Shown: positions 37,806-48,716, counted from the stretch's first letter. The stretch is DNA of 64,000 nt from Candidatus Omnitrophota bacterium (GCA_023247795.1 JAHFFT010000009.1:578-64577), one strand, 5' to 3'. Program-made: numbers and translations. Notes: a model not told the origin generated them from the sequence alone.

Positions 37806-37829
37806 CAAGACGCATAAAAATGTTATAAT
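37802..37829 (+). promoter_or_regulatory. Consensus sigma70 promoter of rplM-rpsI
   Basis: TTGACA-16 bp-TATAAT with extended TG. Confidence 0.8.
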
Positions 37830-37864
37830 TTTGCGCATTGTTAAAATGAACCTTTGAGGTGAAT

Positions 37865-38317
37865 ATGAAGCTCAGTAAAAGCTATCTTCCAGATCCCAAA
37901 AAGATTGAACGCAAATATTATTTGGTCGATGCCAAAGATGTGATCCTAGGTCGGTTGGCGGCCAAGGTTGCTACAATTTTACGAGGGAAACATAAAACGA
38001 TTTATACGCCTCACTTGGAAACCGGGGACTCGGTGATTGTCATCAACGCCTCGAAAATCAAGGTGAGTGGAAAAAAATTACAAGACAAAGTCTATCAAAA
38101 ATATTCCGGCTATCCGTCGGGACAGCGTTGTTTGAGTCTCGCGCAACTTTTACAAAAATCGCCGGAGGCTGTGATCAGGTCGGCCGTCGATCGGATGATT
38201 CCGCGTGGCAGGTTAGGTTACGCCATACGCACTCGACTACGGGTTTATGCCGGAGACAAACATCCGCATCAAGCACAAAAACCAATTACCCTGGTCATAT
38301 CCGAGGAGAAAAAATAG
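37865..38317 (+). CDS. rplM: 50S ribosomal protein L13
   Basis: LGRLA, LRGKHK, GDSVIVINA, HPHQAQKP. Confidence 0.97.
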   Translation: MKLSKSYLPDPKKIERKYYLVDAKDVILGRLAAKVATILRGKHKTIYTPHLETGDSVIVINASKIKVSGKKLQDKVYQKYSGYPSGQRCLSLAQLLQKSPEAVIRSAVDRMIPRGRLGYAIRTRLRVYAGDKHPHQAQKPITLVISEEKK

Positions 38318-38319
38318 TC

Positions 38320-38715
38320 ATGGTTGAAATCGTTAAATATGGCGCCACGGGCCGACGAAAAAACGCGATTGCCCGAGTCAATCTTACTCCGGGACAGGGC
38401 ACCATCCAGGTGAACAAACGCGAATTTGAAAAATATTTCAATCAAGAAACAGATCGAATCATGATCATGGAACCTATGAAAATCACGAATACATTAAAAA
38501 AATATGATATTGCTGTTGAAGTCAATGGTGGCGGGATGTCTGGTCAGGCCGGCGCATTCCGTTTAGGGCTTTCACGAGCCTTGGTTAAAATCGATGGTGA
38601 GTATAAGCCATTGTTAAAAAAGGCTGACTGCTTACGCAGAGATGACAGAATGAAGGAAAGAAAGAAACCCGGACAAAAGGGGGCACGTAGGAAGTTTCAG
38701 TGGGTCAAAAGATAA
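38320..38715 (+). CDS. rpsI: 30S ribosomal protein S9
   Basis: GRRKNAIARV, GGGMSGQAGA, ERKKPG..GAR..FQWVKR. Confidence 0.97.
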   Translation: MVEIVKYGATGRRKNAIARVNLTPGQGTIQVNKREFEKYFNQETDRIMIMEPMKITNTLKKYDIAVEVNGGGMSGQAGAFRLGLSRALVKIDGEYKPLLKKADCLRRDDRMKERKKPGQKGARRKFQWVKR

Positions 38716-38741
38716 CACCAAAAATTTAAGATTTCAAACAG

Positions 38742-38795
38742 AAAAACCTATCTCCCTCGATAAAAACGTTGACGAGATAGGTTTTTTCTTTTATT
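38742..38795 (+). terminator. Putative intrinsic terminator after rpsI
   Basis: AAAAACCTATCTC...GAGATAGGTTTTT plus T-rich tail. Confidence 0.65.
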
Positions 38796-38841
38796 ATAAA
38801 CATTTCTCTAGCAACAATTAGCGAAAAATATGAGGCATTCA

Positions 38842-39861
38842 ATGATCAAAGTTGGAATTGTTGGTATCAGTGGCTATTCTGGCGTAACCGCTTTAGAAAT
38901 CCTTCTCAAACACCCAAAGGTAAGGGTGACCTATGTCAGTGCCAATCAAACCAGCGGTAAGGTGGAAGATATCTGGCCGAAGTTAAAAGGGCAATGCTCG
39001 TTATCCTGCAGTCGCTATCAGGCAGAAAAAGCGGTCAAGGCTTGTGATGTGATTTTTTTAGCGGTTCCGCACACCGTTGCCATGGGATTGGCACCAGAAT
39101 TATTGAAATCCAAAATGAAAATCATTGACTTGAGCGCCGATTACCGTCTTCCCGAGGCTGATCATTATCAAAAATTTTATGAAACCGTGCACAAGGATCA
39201 AGGGAATCTTAAGAATGCGGTTTACGGGCTGCCGGAGCTTTACCGAACACAAATCAAAAAGGCCATTCTTGTCGCCAATCCGGGATGCTACCCGACCGCC
39301 GCAATCTTAGGCTGCGCTCCCATCATGGCCACTTATTCCAACACCGTCGAACAGATCATCATCGACGCCAAATCCGGAGTGAGCGGCGCAGGTAAAAAAC
39401 TCAGCGAAAGCTTGATGTTCTGTGAAGTCAATGACAACTTTAAGGCTTATAAAGTTCTCAACCATCAACATATACCGGAAATCGAACATTACTTGTCCCG
39501 TCTGGCTGGCAAGGATTTCCCTTTGACATTTGTTCCGCATCTCTTGCCTGTCAATCGAGGGATCTTGGCGACCATTTACATTTCCTTAAATAAAAAAATG
39601 TCTTACCAGCAGGTTTACGATCTGTATCAAAAATTTTATAAAACCGAACCCTTTGTACGGGTCTTAAAACCGAATGAACACGCGGAATTGAAAAATGTGG
39701 CCTATACGAATTTCTGCGACATCGGAATCAGCGTCGATGAAAATAAAAAACTTTTGATCATCACCTCGGCAATTGACAATCTTCTCAAAGGGGCTGCTGG
39801 TCAGGCCGTCCAAAATATGAATATCATGCATCAATTTGAAGAAACAACGGGGTTGCTATGA
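38842..39861 (+). CDS. argC: N-acetyl-gamma-glutamyl-phosphate reductase
   Basis: DLSADYR, ANPGCYPT, SGVSGAG, DNLLKGAAGQA. Confidence 0.96.
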   Translation: MIKVGIVGISGYSGVTALEILLKHPKVRVTYVSANQTSGKVEDIWPKLKGQCSLSCSRYQAEKAVKACDVIFLAVPHTVAMGLAPELLKSKMKIIDLSADYRLPEADHYQKFYETVHKDQGNLKNAVYGLPELYRTQIKKAILVANPGCYPTAAILGCAPIMATYSNTVEQIIIDAKSGVSGAGKKLSESLMFCEVNDNFKAYKVLNHQHIPEIEHYLSRLAGKDFPLTFVPHLLPVNRGILATIYISLNKKMSYQQVYDLYQKFYKTEPFVRVLKPNEHAELKNVAYTNFCDIGISVDENKKLLIITSAIDNLLKGAAGQAVQNMNIMHQFEETTGLL

Positions 39862-40997
39862 AAACAATCAATGGTGGCGTCACGGCCACACCTGGATTCT
39901 TGGCCAATGGCCTATGGTGCGGAATCAAACGCTCTCGCAAACCAGATTTGGCTCTGATCTACGCCGAAAATCCCTGTGTGGCAGCCGGAGTCTTTACAAA
40001 AAATTCCATTAAAGCGGCACCGTTGATCGTCAGCCAAGAACATATCAAAAATCATCAAGCCCAGGCGATCATTGTTAACAGCGGCAACGCCAACTGCTTC
40101 ACTGGTGAGTTCGGAATGCTTTACGCCAAACAATCAACGGAATTGATCGCTCAATTGCTCAAGATAAAGACCGAAGATGTTTTAGTCACCTCGACTGGCA
40201 TCATCGGCAAACCACTGCCCTTTAACAAAATCGTGGCAGCAGCAGCACAGCTCGTGCAGGGACTTTCTCATCAGGGAGGGAAAAAAGCGGCCGAAGCGAT
40301 TTTGACAACAGATCTCATCGCGAAAGAAATCGCCGTACAGACAGTGATTGACGGAAAAAAAATCACTATCGGCGCCTGCGCTAAAGGATCAGGTATGATC
40401 GCACCCAACATGGCGACCATGCTTGGGTTTATCACGACCGATGCTGCCATTTCGGCATCCCTGCTGCAAACAGCATTAGCGGATTGCGTTGATGGCACCT
40501 TCAACTGCATCACCATCGACGGATGTATGAGCACCAACGACATGGTGACACTCTTTGCCAATGGCCAAGCAAAGAATAAAACAATCCGCTCTGCTGATAA
40601 AAATTATAAAAAATTTTACGCTGCCTTGCACTATGTGTGTCTGGATCTCGCGAAACGAATCGTTAGGGACGGCGAAGGGGCAACCAAATTTTTAGAAATC
40701 CGCGTCAACGGAGCAAAAGGCAAAAAGGAAGCCCGTCAAACGGCTTTGGCCATTGCCAACTCCAATCTGGTAAAAACCGCGGCTTATGGCAGCAATCCCA
40801 ATTGGGGACGGGTCGCGGCCGCCATCGGGGCCTTGGGTCTTACAATCTCGGAGAATGAACTAAAAATTTCCTTCAGCTCTTTCAAGAAAAAAAACATTAC
40901 CATCACGATTGCCCTCAAACGCGGCAGTCATCAGGCCTGCGTCTACACAACAGATCTTTCCCTTGATTACATCAAAATCAACGGCGCTTACACTTAA
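39858..40997 (+). CDS. argJ: Ornithine acetyltransferase
   Basis: NSGNAN, STGIIG, KGSGMIAPNMATML, STND, RDGEGATK, NWGR. Confidence 0.95.
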   Translation: MKTINGGVTATPGFLANGLWCGIKRSRKPDLALIYAENPCVAAGVFTKNSIKAAPLIVSQEHIKNHQAQAIIVNSGNANCFTGEFGMLYAKQSTELIAQLLKIKTEDVLVTSTGIIGKPLPFNKIVAAAAQLVQGLSHQGGKKAAEAILTTDLIAKEIAVQTVIDGKKITIGACAKGSGMIAPNMATMLGFITTDAAISASLLQTALADCVDGTFNCITIDGCMSTNDMVTLFANGQAKNKTIRSADKNYKKFYAALHYVCLDLAKRIVRDGEGATKFLEIRVNGAKGKKEARQTALAIANSNLVKTAAYGSNPNWGRVAAAIGALGLTISENELKISFSSFKKKNITITIALKRGSHQACVYTTDLSLDYIKINGAYT

Positions 40998-41010
40998 ATT
41001 GGACTGCTCC

Positions 41011-41868
41011 ATGAAAAAATTCATCGAAAAAGCCAGTGTCCTTGTTGAGGCAATTCCTTATATCCACGCCTTTCGCCGCACAGTGTTTGTGATTAAGTAC
41101 GGTGGCAGCATCTTACACGATCAGCAAATACGCAAACAGGTCTTGGGCGATATCGTTTTCTTGAGCTGTGTTGGGATCCGTGTTGTTTTGGTTCATGGGG
41201 GTGGGCCGCACATCAGCTCGCGATTAAAAGAGCTGGGCGTCATTTCCAAATTTCACGACGGTATTCGCGTCACTGATCAAACAACTTTGCAAATCGTTAC
41301 CGAGGAATTGGATAAATTGAATAAAAGCATTGTCCAAGAAATCAAGGAGCTGCGCGGCGATGTCACGGGATTGAAGGGACAGGAAAACATCATTCACGTT
41401 GAGAAGAAAACAGCGTCCAAAGATCTGGGGTTTGTCGGCACCATCAAAAATGTTGAACGAAAAGCCATTGAAGAACATATCCAGCAAGGCTGCATCACTG
41501 TCATTTCTCCCATGGGGATCAGCACTGAAAAGCAGACCCATAACGTCAACGCCGACGAGGTGGCAAGCGCCATTGCGGTTTCTTTAAAAGCCGAAAAGCT
41601 GGTCTTATTAACGAATGTGCAAGGTGTGATTCGTGACTTGAATGATCCTAGCTCACTCATCTCTTCTTTAAACGTACACGAGATTGAAAAATTGATCGAA
41701 CAAAAGGTCATTCAAGGCGGCATGATCCCCAAAGTTCAGGCTGGGATTGAAGCCGTGGTTGGCGGAGTAAAAAAAGCGCATATCGTCGACGCCAAACTCC
41801 GGCACGCGCTGTTATTAGAAATCTTTACCGATCAGGGGATCGGAACCCAGATCGTTAATTCCAAATAG
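41011..41868 (+). CDS. argB: Acetylglutamate kinase
   Basis: IKYGG, VHGGG, NVNAD, GGMIPK, GIGT. Confidence 0.96.
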   Translation: MKKFIEKASVLVEAIPYIHAFRRTVFVIKYGGSILHDQQIRKQVLGDIVFLSCVGIRVVLVHGGGPHISSRLKELGVISKFHDGIRVTDQTTLQIVTEELDKLNKSIVQEIKELRGDVTGLKGQENIIHVEKKTASKDLGFVGTIKNVERKAIEEHIQQGCITVISPMGISTEKQTHNVNADEVASAIAVSLKAEKLVLLTNVQGVIRDLNDPSSLISSLNVHEIEKLIEQKVIQGGMIPKVQAGIEAVVGGVKKAHIVDAKLRHALLLEIFTDQGIGTQIVNSK

Positions 41869-41890
41869 GAAATGATGTTCCCCCATGCCA

Positions 41891-41908
41891 ACCTGCGAGG
41901 TGAGAATT
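41891..41908. repeat. Single REP-like unit identical to 20127-20144
   Basis: ACCTGCGAGGTGAGAATT in the argB-argD spacer. Confidence 0.75.
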
Positions 41909-41930
41909 GGGGAGGCCATCAACTGAAAAA

Positions 41931-43115
41931 ATGAACCAAACAGATATCATTGCCAATTACCACAAATATATTTTGGATACCTATACGCGGACACCTTTGA
42001 TCTTCGTCAAGGGCAAAGGAATGAGTTTGACCGATATCCATGGGAAAAAATATTTGGACTTTTTCCCGGGATGGGGGGTCAACAACATCGGACACTGTCA
42101 TCCGAAAGTCATGGCCGGGGTGCGCGATCAAATCGGAAAACTGATCCATATCCCTAACAATTTTTATCATCTGCAGCAGGCGAAATTGGCTAAAGAAATC
42201 ATCCGCAATTCTTTTGCCGGAAAAATCTTTTTCTGCAACAGTGGCGCCGAAGGCTGCGAGGCCGCCATCAAACTGGCCAAGGCCTATGGACAAAGCGACC
42301 ATCGTCATGAAATCATTGCCATGAATAAAAATTTTCATGGCCGAACCATAGGGGCCTTGAGTGCTACCGGACAAAGCAAATACCAAGAAGGATTTTTGCC
42401 ATTGCTCGACGGGTTCAAACACGTTGCCTTCAACGATATCGAAGCGGTCAAAAATGCACTGAGTGAAAAGACCGTTGCCATCCTGCTCGAACTGGTCCAA
42501 GGCGAAGGAGGGATCCATATTGCTGAGCAAACCTTCATTCAAGAATTGCGTAAGTTGTGCGATCAAAAAAACATCTTGCTCATTTTTGACGAAGTACAGA
42601 CGGGTATGGGGCGTACTGGTGAAATCTTTGCTTACAAACATTATGGGGTGATCCCCGATGCCATGGTCTTGGCCAAGGCCTTAGGGGGTGGACTGCCCAT
42701 AGGGGCTTTGGTCGTCGGAAAAAAATTTTGTGGGGTTTTGAAACCCGGAATGCACGCCTCGACCTTTGGCGGTAGCCCGCTGATTTGCAAGGCCGCGTTA
42801 GGAGTTTTCAAGGCCATTGTTGCCGATAAGATGTTACCCAATGCTAAACGAATGGGCGAATACTTGATCAAAAAATTAAAACATTTGCAGTCAAAATTCA
42901 ATTGCATGAAGGAAGTCCGTGGGTTAGGATTAATGATTGGTGTTGAGCTCACCATCGAAGGTAAACCCCTCATCGAGGAATGCCTCAAACACGGATTGAT
43001 CATCAATTGCACGCAGGGAAATGTTTTACGCATCATGCCGGCCTTAAATGTTACAAAAAAACAGATTGATCGGGCCTTACACATTTTAGAAAAAGCAATG
43101 GAAACAACGATATGA
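41931..43115 (+). CDS. argD: Acetylornithine aminotransferase
   Basis: FHGRT, DEVQTGMGRTG, AKALGGG, STFGG. Confidence 0.94.
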   Translation: MNQTDIIANYHKYILDTYTRTPLIFVKGKGMSLTDIHGKKYLDFFPGWGVNNIGHCHPKVMAGVRDQIGKLIHIPNNFYHLQQAKLAKEIIRNSFAGKIFFCNSGAEGCEAAIKLAKAYGQSDHRHEIIAMNKNFHGRTIGALSATGQSKYQEGFLPLLDGFKHVAFNDIEAVKNALSEKTVAILLELVQGEGGIHIAEQTFIQELRKLCDQKNILLIFDEVQTGMGRTGEIFAYKHYGVIPDAMVLAKALGGGLPIGALVVGKKFCGVLKPGMHASTFGGSPLICKAALGVFKAIVADKMLPNAKRMGEYLIKKLKHLQSKFNCMKEVRGLGLMIGVELTIEGKPLIEECLKHGLIINCTQGNVLRIMPALNVTKKQIDRALHILEKAMETTI

Positions 43116-44032
43116 AACGCGATCTGATCACATTATTCGATTATACCGCCACAGAGATCCAACAGCTTTTGGAATCGAGCGCCAAATTTAAAAGGGACCG
43201 AACTTTTGGATCGCAACTGCTCCTTGGCAAATCCATTGGTTTGATTTTTCAAAAGCCATCAAACCGCACCCGGGTCTCTTTTGAGGTTGGTGTTAACCAA
43301 CTGGGTGGGAATTGCATTTATCTGGGGCCGGAAGAAATCAATTTGGGGGAACGGGAATCAACGACCGACGTTGCTAAAACATTGTCTCGATACTTAAGCG
43401 CCCTTGTCGCCCGCACCCATGCGCACAAAGTCATTGTTGAACTTGCCGAGCAAGCTAGCATTCCGATCATCAATGGCTTGTCCGATCTTTATCATCCTTG
43501 CCAAGCCTTGGCGGATTTGCTCACGGTGCAGGAAACATTTAAAAACTTGAAAGGGCTCACCTTGGCTTATATCGGCGATGGCAACAATGTCTGTCACTCG
43601 CTCTTGATTGGCTGTTCCAAACTCGGTATCCATATGCGAATAGCAACCCCCAAAGGTTATGAACCTCTTTCAGAGATTGTCAAATCAGCGCAAACCATTG
43701 CGAAAAAATCCGGCGCGCAAATCAAATTGACCCATTCTCCTCAGGAAGCAGTCAAATCAGCACAGGTGATTTATTCTGATGTCTGGGTCAGTATGGGGCA
43801 GGAAAAAGAAGCCAAGAAGAGGTTAAAAATATTTCAGAATTACCAGGTCAATAAAAAATTGCTGCAATCCGCTGACAAGGACCATATCTTTATGCATTGT
43901 CTTCCCGCGCACCGCGGTGAAGAGGTGAGTGCCGATGTCATCGATGGTAAACATTCGGTCGTATTTGACCAGGCGGAAAACCGTTTGCACGTCCAAAAGG
44001 CCGTGCTAGCTTTTTTATTGAAGACGAAATAA
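43112..44032 (+). CDS. argF: Ornithine carbamoyltransferase
   Basis: SNRTR, HPCQ, SMG, HCLP. Confidence 0.96.
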   Translation: MKRDLITLFDYTATEIQQLLESSAKFKRDRTFGSQLLLGKSIGLIFQKPSNRTRVSFEVGVNQLGGNCIYLGPEEINLGERESTTDVAKTLSRYLSALVARTHAHKVIVELAEQASIPIINGLSDLYHPCQALADLLTVQETFKNLKGLTLAYIGDGNNVCHSLLIGCSKLGIHMRIATPKGYEPLSEIVKSAQTIAKKSGAQIKLTHSPQEAVKSAQVIYSDVWVSMGQEKEAKKRLKIFQNYQVNKKLLQSADKDHIFMHCLPAHRGEEVSADVIDGKHSVVFDQAENRLHVQKAVLAFLLKTK

Positions 44033-44052
44033 AAAATAAGGGAGTTTGAAAT

Positions 44053-45219
44053 ATGAAAAAAGTTGTTTTAGCCTATTCTGGCGGACTTGATACCTCCTGC
44101 ATCATCAAATGGCTGGAAAGCAAAAAATACGATTCCATCGCATTCATCGCGAATGTGGGGCAGCAGGAAGATTTCAAATCGATCGAAAATCGCGCGTTAA
44201 AGACCGGTGCTTCCAAGGCCTATGTCTTGGATTTGCAGGAAGAGTTTGTTAACGACTATGTTTTTCCCGCACTCAAGGCCGGAGCGGTTTATGAAAACAA
44301 ATATTTCCTAGCCACCGCGCTTTCTCGTCCGCTGATTGCCAAACATCAGGTCGAGATTGCTCACAAAGAAAAAGCAACGGCGGTTGCCCACGGATGCACG
44401 GGCAAAGGCAACGATCAGGTTCGTTTTGAGACGACGATTTCGCTTTTAGATCGGACATTGGAACAAATCGCACCGGTGCGGATCTGGGAATTTAAGACCC
44501 GCGAACAAGAAATCGAATATGCCAAGAAGCATAAGATTCCGGTTGAGGTCACCAAAAAAAGTCCGTACAGCGTCGATAAAAACCTTTATGGACGCAGCAT
44601 TGAGTGCGGTATTCTTGAAGATCCCTGGGCAGAACCACCAGAGGAAATCTATCAGATGACAACCAATCCGCTAGAAGCACCTAACAAAGCAACCTATATC
44701 GAGATTGAATTTGCAGAAGGGATTCCGGTCAAAATTGACGGAAAAAGTTATCAACCCGTTGCCCTTATTCATGAACTCAACAAAATCGCCGGCGCCAATG
44801 GTGTAGGTCGGGTTGACATGATTGAAAACCGCTTGGTCGGGATCAAATCCCGAGAGATTTATGAAAATCCAGCAGCAACGGTTCTGCACAGCGCGCATCA
44901 AGAACTCGAGGCCTTAGTCCTGGATCGCGAAAGCATGCGTTATAAACAGCCTGTTGCTCATAAGTACGCTGAAATGATCTATTACGGGCTTTGGGAAACG
45001 CCTTTAAAAAAACAGCTCGACGCTTACATTGCTAAAACACAGGAACGTGTGTCTGGGACGATCCGTTTAAAACTGTATAAAGGCACCTGCACGCCAGTAG
45101 GTCGCAAATCGAAATATTCTCGATACAAAATAGAATTAGCGACCTATGGTGACAAAGATGTTTTTGATCAAAAACTGGCCGAAGGGTTTTTACGGCTATG
45201 GAGTTTGCCTTATGAATAA
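44053..45219 (+). CDS. argG: Argininosuccinate synthase
   Basis: AYSGGLDTS, HGCTGKGNDQVRF, KSREIYE. Confidence 0.97.
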   Translation: MKKVVLAYSGGLDTSCIIKWLESKKYDSIAFIANVGQQEDFKSIENRALKTGASKAYVLDLQEEFVNDYVFPALKAGAVYENKYFLATALSRPLIAKHQVEIAHKEKATAVAHGCTGKGNDQVRFETTISLLDRTLEQIAPVRIWEFKTREQEIEYAKKHKIPVEVTKKSPYSVDKNLYGRSIECGILEDPWAEPPEEIYQMTTNPLEAPNKATYIEIEFAEGIPVKIDGKSYQPVALIHELNKIAGANGVGRVDMIENRLVGIKSREIYENPAATVLHSAHQELEALVLDRESMRYKQPVAHKYAEMIYYGLWETPLKKQLDAYIAKTQERVSGTIRLKLYKGTCTPVGRKSKYSRYKIELATYGDKDVFDQKLAEGFLRLWSLPYE

Positions 45220-46561
45220 ATTATGGGGTGGACGTTTTCAAAAAAAGACAAATAAGCTCGTCGAAGAATTTACAAATTCTTTGCGCTTTGACCAAAAATT
45301 GGCCCGCTATGATTGCCTGGGTTCGCTTTTGCATATCAAAGTTTTACGAAAGGCAGGACTGATAAATTCTAAAGAATTCGCGCAACTCCAAAAAGGGTTG
45401 ACGAGCATTAAAGACTCAATTGAGAATGGATCGTTCTTTAAAAAAATCGATCTTGGCTTTGAGGACATCCATTCCTATATCCAAACCGTGTTGGAACAAA
45501 AAGCAGGGAAGGCGGCACTCAAATTGCATACCTGCCGTTCGCGAAATGATCAGGTCTCTTTAGCGACAAAATTGTACTGTTTGGAAGAAAGCAAAATCCT
45601 TATCGAGAACCTGCACAAACTTGACAGCAGTTTGCAACAGTTAGCAGAAGCGAATAATGCTTTGATCATTCCAGGATTCACCCATTTGCAACATGCCATT
45701 CCGGTTCGAATTTATGATTACTTTTTTGCTTATCACCAAATGTTTTTACGAGACAAGAAACGAATCGAGCAGACATTGTCAAACATCCATCCTACTTTAG
45801 GATCTGGGGCCTTGGCAGGAACTATGATCGAGAGTGATTGTTATCATCAGGCGATTGAAAATCTTTCGCATGTAAAAATCACATCTCCCCAAAGCGCTTT
45901 GGACACCGTTAGCGACCGGGATTTTGTGATTGATCTCCTGCACGCGTTATCTATCATTGGGCTGCATCTATCACGCCTAGCCGAAGACCTGATCCTCTGG
46001 TGCACTAAAGAATTTGATTTCATTGATATCGATGAGAGTTTCTGTACCGGAAGTTCCCTGATGCCGCAAAAGAAAAACCCCGATGTCTTGGAATTGGTGC
46101 GCGGGTACACGGGGCGACTGTATGGCAATTATCAGAGTGTCATGGTGATGATGAAAGGGCTGCCCTTGAGTTACAATCGCGATATGCAGCATGATAAAGA
46201 ACCTTTGTTTGATTCGATCGAAATTGTTCAGAAAGAGCTTGCTGTCATGGCCGCACTTTTGCAAAATATCACGTTTAAAAGGGACAAGATCGAAATTCAA
46301 CTTGATGATGAGACACTGTATGCCACCGACATGGCCGATCATCTTGTTAAAAAAGGGATGGAATTTAAGAAAGCGCACCACATCATTGGCGAATTGGTGC
46401 AATATAAAATTCAGTCAGGTCAAAAGATTGTTGATATGGACAACCAGGAATTATCCAAAGTACACCCTTTATTGAAGGCACCGGAATTGAAAAAAATCAT
46501 TGACCCAAAACACTCGGTCGATTCGAAAAAATCTGTTAAAAAGGTCAAATGGGAATTTTAA
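45212..46561 (+). CDS. argH: Argininosuccinate lyase
   Basis: LWGGRF, RSRNDQ, GSSLMPQKKNPD. Confidence 0.96.
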   Translation: MNKLWGGRFQKKTNKLVEEFTNSLRFDQKLARYDCLGSLLHIKVLRKAGLINSKEFAQLQKGLTSIKDSIENGSFFKKIDLGFEDIHSYIQTVLEQKAGKAALKLHTCRSRNDQVSLATKLYCLEESKILIENLHKLDSSLQQLAEANNALIIPGFTHLQHAIPVRIYDYFFAYHQMFLRDKKRIEQTLSNIHPTLGSGALAGTMIESDCYHQAIENLSHVKITSPQSALDTVSDRDFVIDLLHALSIIGLHLSRLAEDLILWCTKEFDFIDIDESFCTGSSLMPQKKNPDVLELVRGYTGRLYGNYQSVMVMMKGLPLSYNRDMQHDKEPLFDSIEIVQKELAVMAALLQNITFKRDKIEIQLDDETLYATDMADHLVKKGMEFKKAHHIIGELVQYKIQSGQKIVDMDNQELSKVHPLLKAPELKKIIDPKHSVDSKKSVKKVKWEF

Positions 46562-46564
46562 AAT

Positions 46565-47821
46565 ATGCACGACTTTCACTACAAAAATAATGCTCTCTAT
46601 TGCGAAGAAGTAAAGGTCACCGACGTTGCCCGCGCCGTGGGGACACCATTCTACCTTTACAGCCACCACACGCTAGTCGACCATTTCACAAAAATCCAAA
46701 AGGCCTTCGCGAAAATCAATCCTTTGATCTGCTTTGCCATGAAATCCAATGATAATCTAGCGATCTTGAAAACCCTGGTGGATGAGGGGGCAGGGCTTGA
46801 CATTGTCTCCGTCGGAGAACTTAAAAAAGCACTGAAGGTCAAAGCCGACCCTAAAAAAATTGTTTTTGCCTCGGTAGGCAAGACCGAAGAAGAGATCGCT
46901 TTCGCGTTACAAAAAGGGATTCTTTCATTTAACGTTGAATCAGTCCCGGAACTCGATGAGATCAATCGAATCGCGAAAAAGACAAATAAAAAAGCACAGG
47001 TGGCATTGCGGATCAACCCGGATGTCGCCGCCGCGACCCATGATTTCATCACCACCGGTACTTTAAAAAATAAATTCGGCATTGATTTGGCGTCGACCCG
47101 TGAGATCCTTAAAGGCCAGGGTCGTTACTCACACATCAACATCTCTGGACTGCATATTCACATCGGATCACAAATCGTCAAATCCGATCCTTTTGTCGCG
47201 GCGATCAAAAAAGTCATCGAGTTTATCGCTGAATTACGCCAAGCCGGGATCAAAATCAAATACCTTGATATCGGTGGAGGGATGGGGATCGTTTACAAAG
47301 ATGAAAATCCGCAAACCGCGGAAGAGTTTGCGACGGCAATCTTACCACTCCTTGAAAAATTGGACCTGCAAGTGATCATGGAACCGGGACGCTTCATCGT
47401 TGGTAACGCCGGGATTTTTGTCACCAAGGTCCTTTATTTGAAAGACAATGGATTTAAAAAATTTCTAATTGTCGATGGTGGGATGAACGACCTGATCCGA
47501 CCGTCGTTATATAACGCCTATCACGATATCTGGCCGCTAAAAAAAACCGCTAAAGAAAAAGTCACGGTTGATGTGGTGGGCCCGATCTGCGAAAGTGGGG
47601 ATTTCTTCGCGAAAGAGCGTTCCTTACCGATCATGGAGAAAAACGACCTGCTGGCGGTCATGAGTGCCGGGGCGTATGGCTACGTAATGTCCAGCAATTA
47701 TAACGTGCGCTGTCGCGTGCCTGAAGTCATGGTCAAAGGCAAACAATTTGACATCACTAAAAAACGAGAGACATTCGCGGATTTGATCCGAGGGGAAAGC
47801 ATCCCGGAGTTCTTAAAATGA
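46565..47821 (+). CDS. lysA: Diaminopimelate decarboxylase
   Basis: HIGSQ, EPGR, GPICESGD, GAYG. Confidence 0.96.
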   Translation: MHDFHYKNNALYCEEVKVTDVARAVGTPFYLYSHHTLVDHFTKIQKAFAKINPLICFAMKSNDNLAILKTLVDEGAGLDIVSVGELKKALKVKADPKKIVFASVGKTEEEIAFALQKGILSFNVESVPELDEINRIAKKTNKKAQVALRINPDVAAATHDFITTGTLKNKFGIDLASTREILKGQGRYSHINISGLHIHIGSQIVKSDPFVAAIKKVIEFIAELRQAGIKIKYLDIGGGMGIVYKDENPQTAEEFATAILPLLEKLDLQVIMEPGRFIVGNAGIFVTKVLYLKDNGFKKFLIVDGGMNDLIRPSLYNAYHDIWPLKKTAKEKVTVDVVGPICESGDFFAKERSLPIMEKNDLLAVMSAGAYGYVMSSNYNVRCRVPEVMVKGKQFDITKKRETFADLIRGESIPEFLK

Positions 47822-48651
47822 AAAAACAAAAATCGATCGATTTTCATAAAATGGTCGGCGCGGGAAATGACTTTATTGTCATCGACGCGAATAAGGGAAT
47901 CGACTATAAAAAGTTAGTAGTTAAAATCTGTGACCGCTCCAACGGCATTGGTGCCGACGGCCTACTGATTTTAGATCAATCAAAAAACGCGGATTTTCGC
48001 ATGCGGATTTTCAACGCCGATGGGTCTGAGGCCGAGATGTGCGGGAATGGGGCCCGTTGCTTAGCCGCTTATATCGTTCGCTATAAAAACCCTAAAAGAA
48101 AATTGTTCACCATGCAAACCCTGGCCGGTATCATCCACGCCGAGGCCAAGGGAGAAATTGCGAATGTCCAATTGAGTGATCCGATTGACTATCGACCGAA
48201 TTTGACGATTGATCTGAACGGAAAATCTTTGCAAGTTCATTATATCGACACCGGCGTTCCGCACACGATCGTTTATGTTGCCGATATTAAAAAAATCGAT
48301 GTCAATTTCATCGGTGAAAAAATCCGTAACCATAAGGCCTTTTCTCCTCGAGGAACCAATGCCAACTTTGTGGAACAATTGGATTCCAATTTGGTCGAGG
48401 CACGCACCTTTGAACGTGGGGTCGAACATGAAACCAAGGCCTGCGGGACCGGAAGTGTCGCTTGCGCCCTTGTTTCTTTTCGGCAGGCATCGCCTGAAAT
48501 CCTTAGTCAAAAACAGGCCAAAATGAACGTCTTAACCGCAAGCGGTGAAGTCTTACAAGTTCAGTTTGATTTAACCAACGGAACCATGACCAATGTTTGG
48601 CTGAAAGGCAGTGCCAAATTCATTGCTCATGGTCAGTATTATTTTACTTAA
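47818..48651 (+). CDS. dapF: Diaminopimelate epimerase
   Basis: GAGNDF, EMCGNG, ERGV..T.ACGTG. Confidence 0.96.
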   Translation: MKKQKSIDFHKMVGAGNDFIVIDANKGIDYKKLVVKICDRSNGIGADGLLILDQSKNADFRMRIFNADGSEAEMCGNGARCLAAYIVRYKNPKRKLFTMQTLAGIIHAEAKGEIANVQLSDPIDYRPNLTIDLNGKSLQVHYIDTGVPHTIVYVADIKKIDVNFIGEKIRNHKAFSPRGTNANFVEQLDSNLVEARTFERGVEHETKACGTGSVACALVSFRQASPEILSQKQAKMNVLTASGEVLQVQFDLTNGTMTNVWLKGSAKFIAHGQYYFT

Positions 48652-48716
48652 ATTCGGGCGATCAAACTTGACGTGCATAGTTGTCAAGTCAGGCGCTCTT
48701 AAGGAAGGGGCCATCC

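Noticed and set aside
41919-43084. 240-aa and 147-aa antisense ORFs over argD
   Set aside because: Antisense shadows of a conserved gene.
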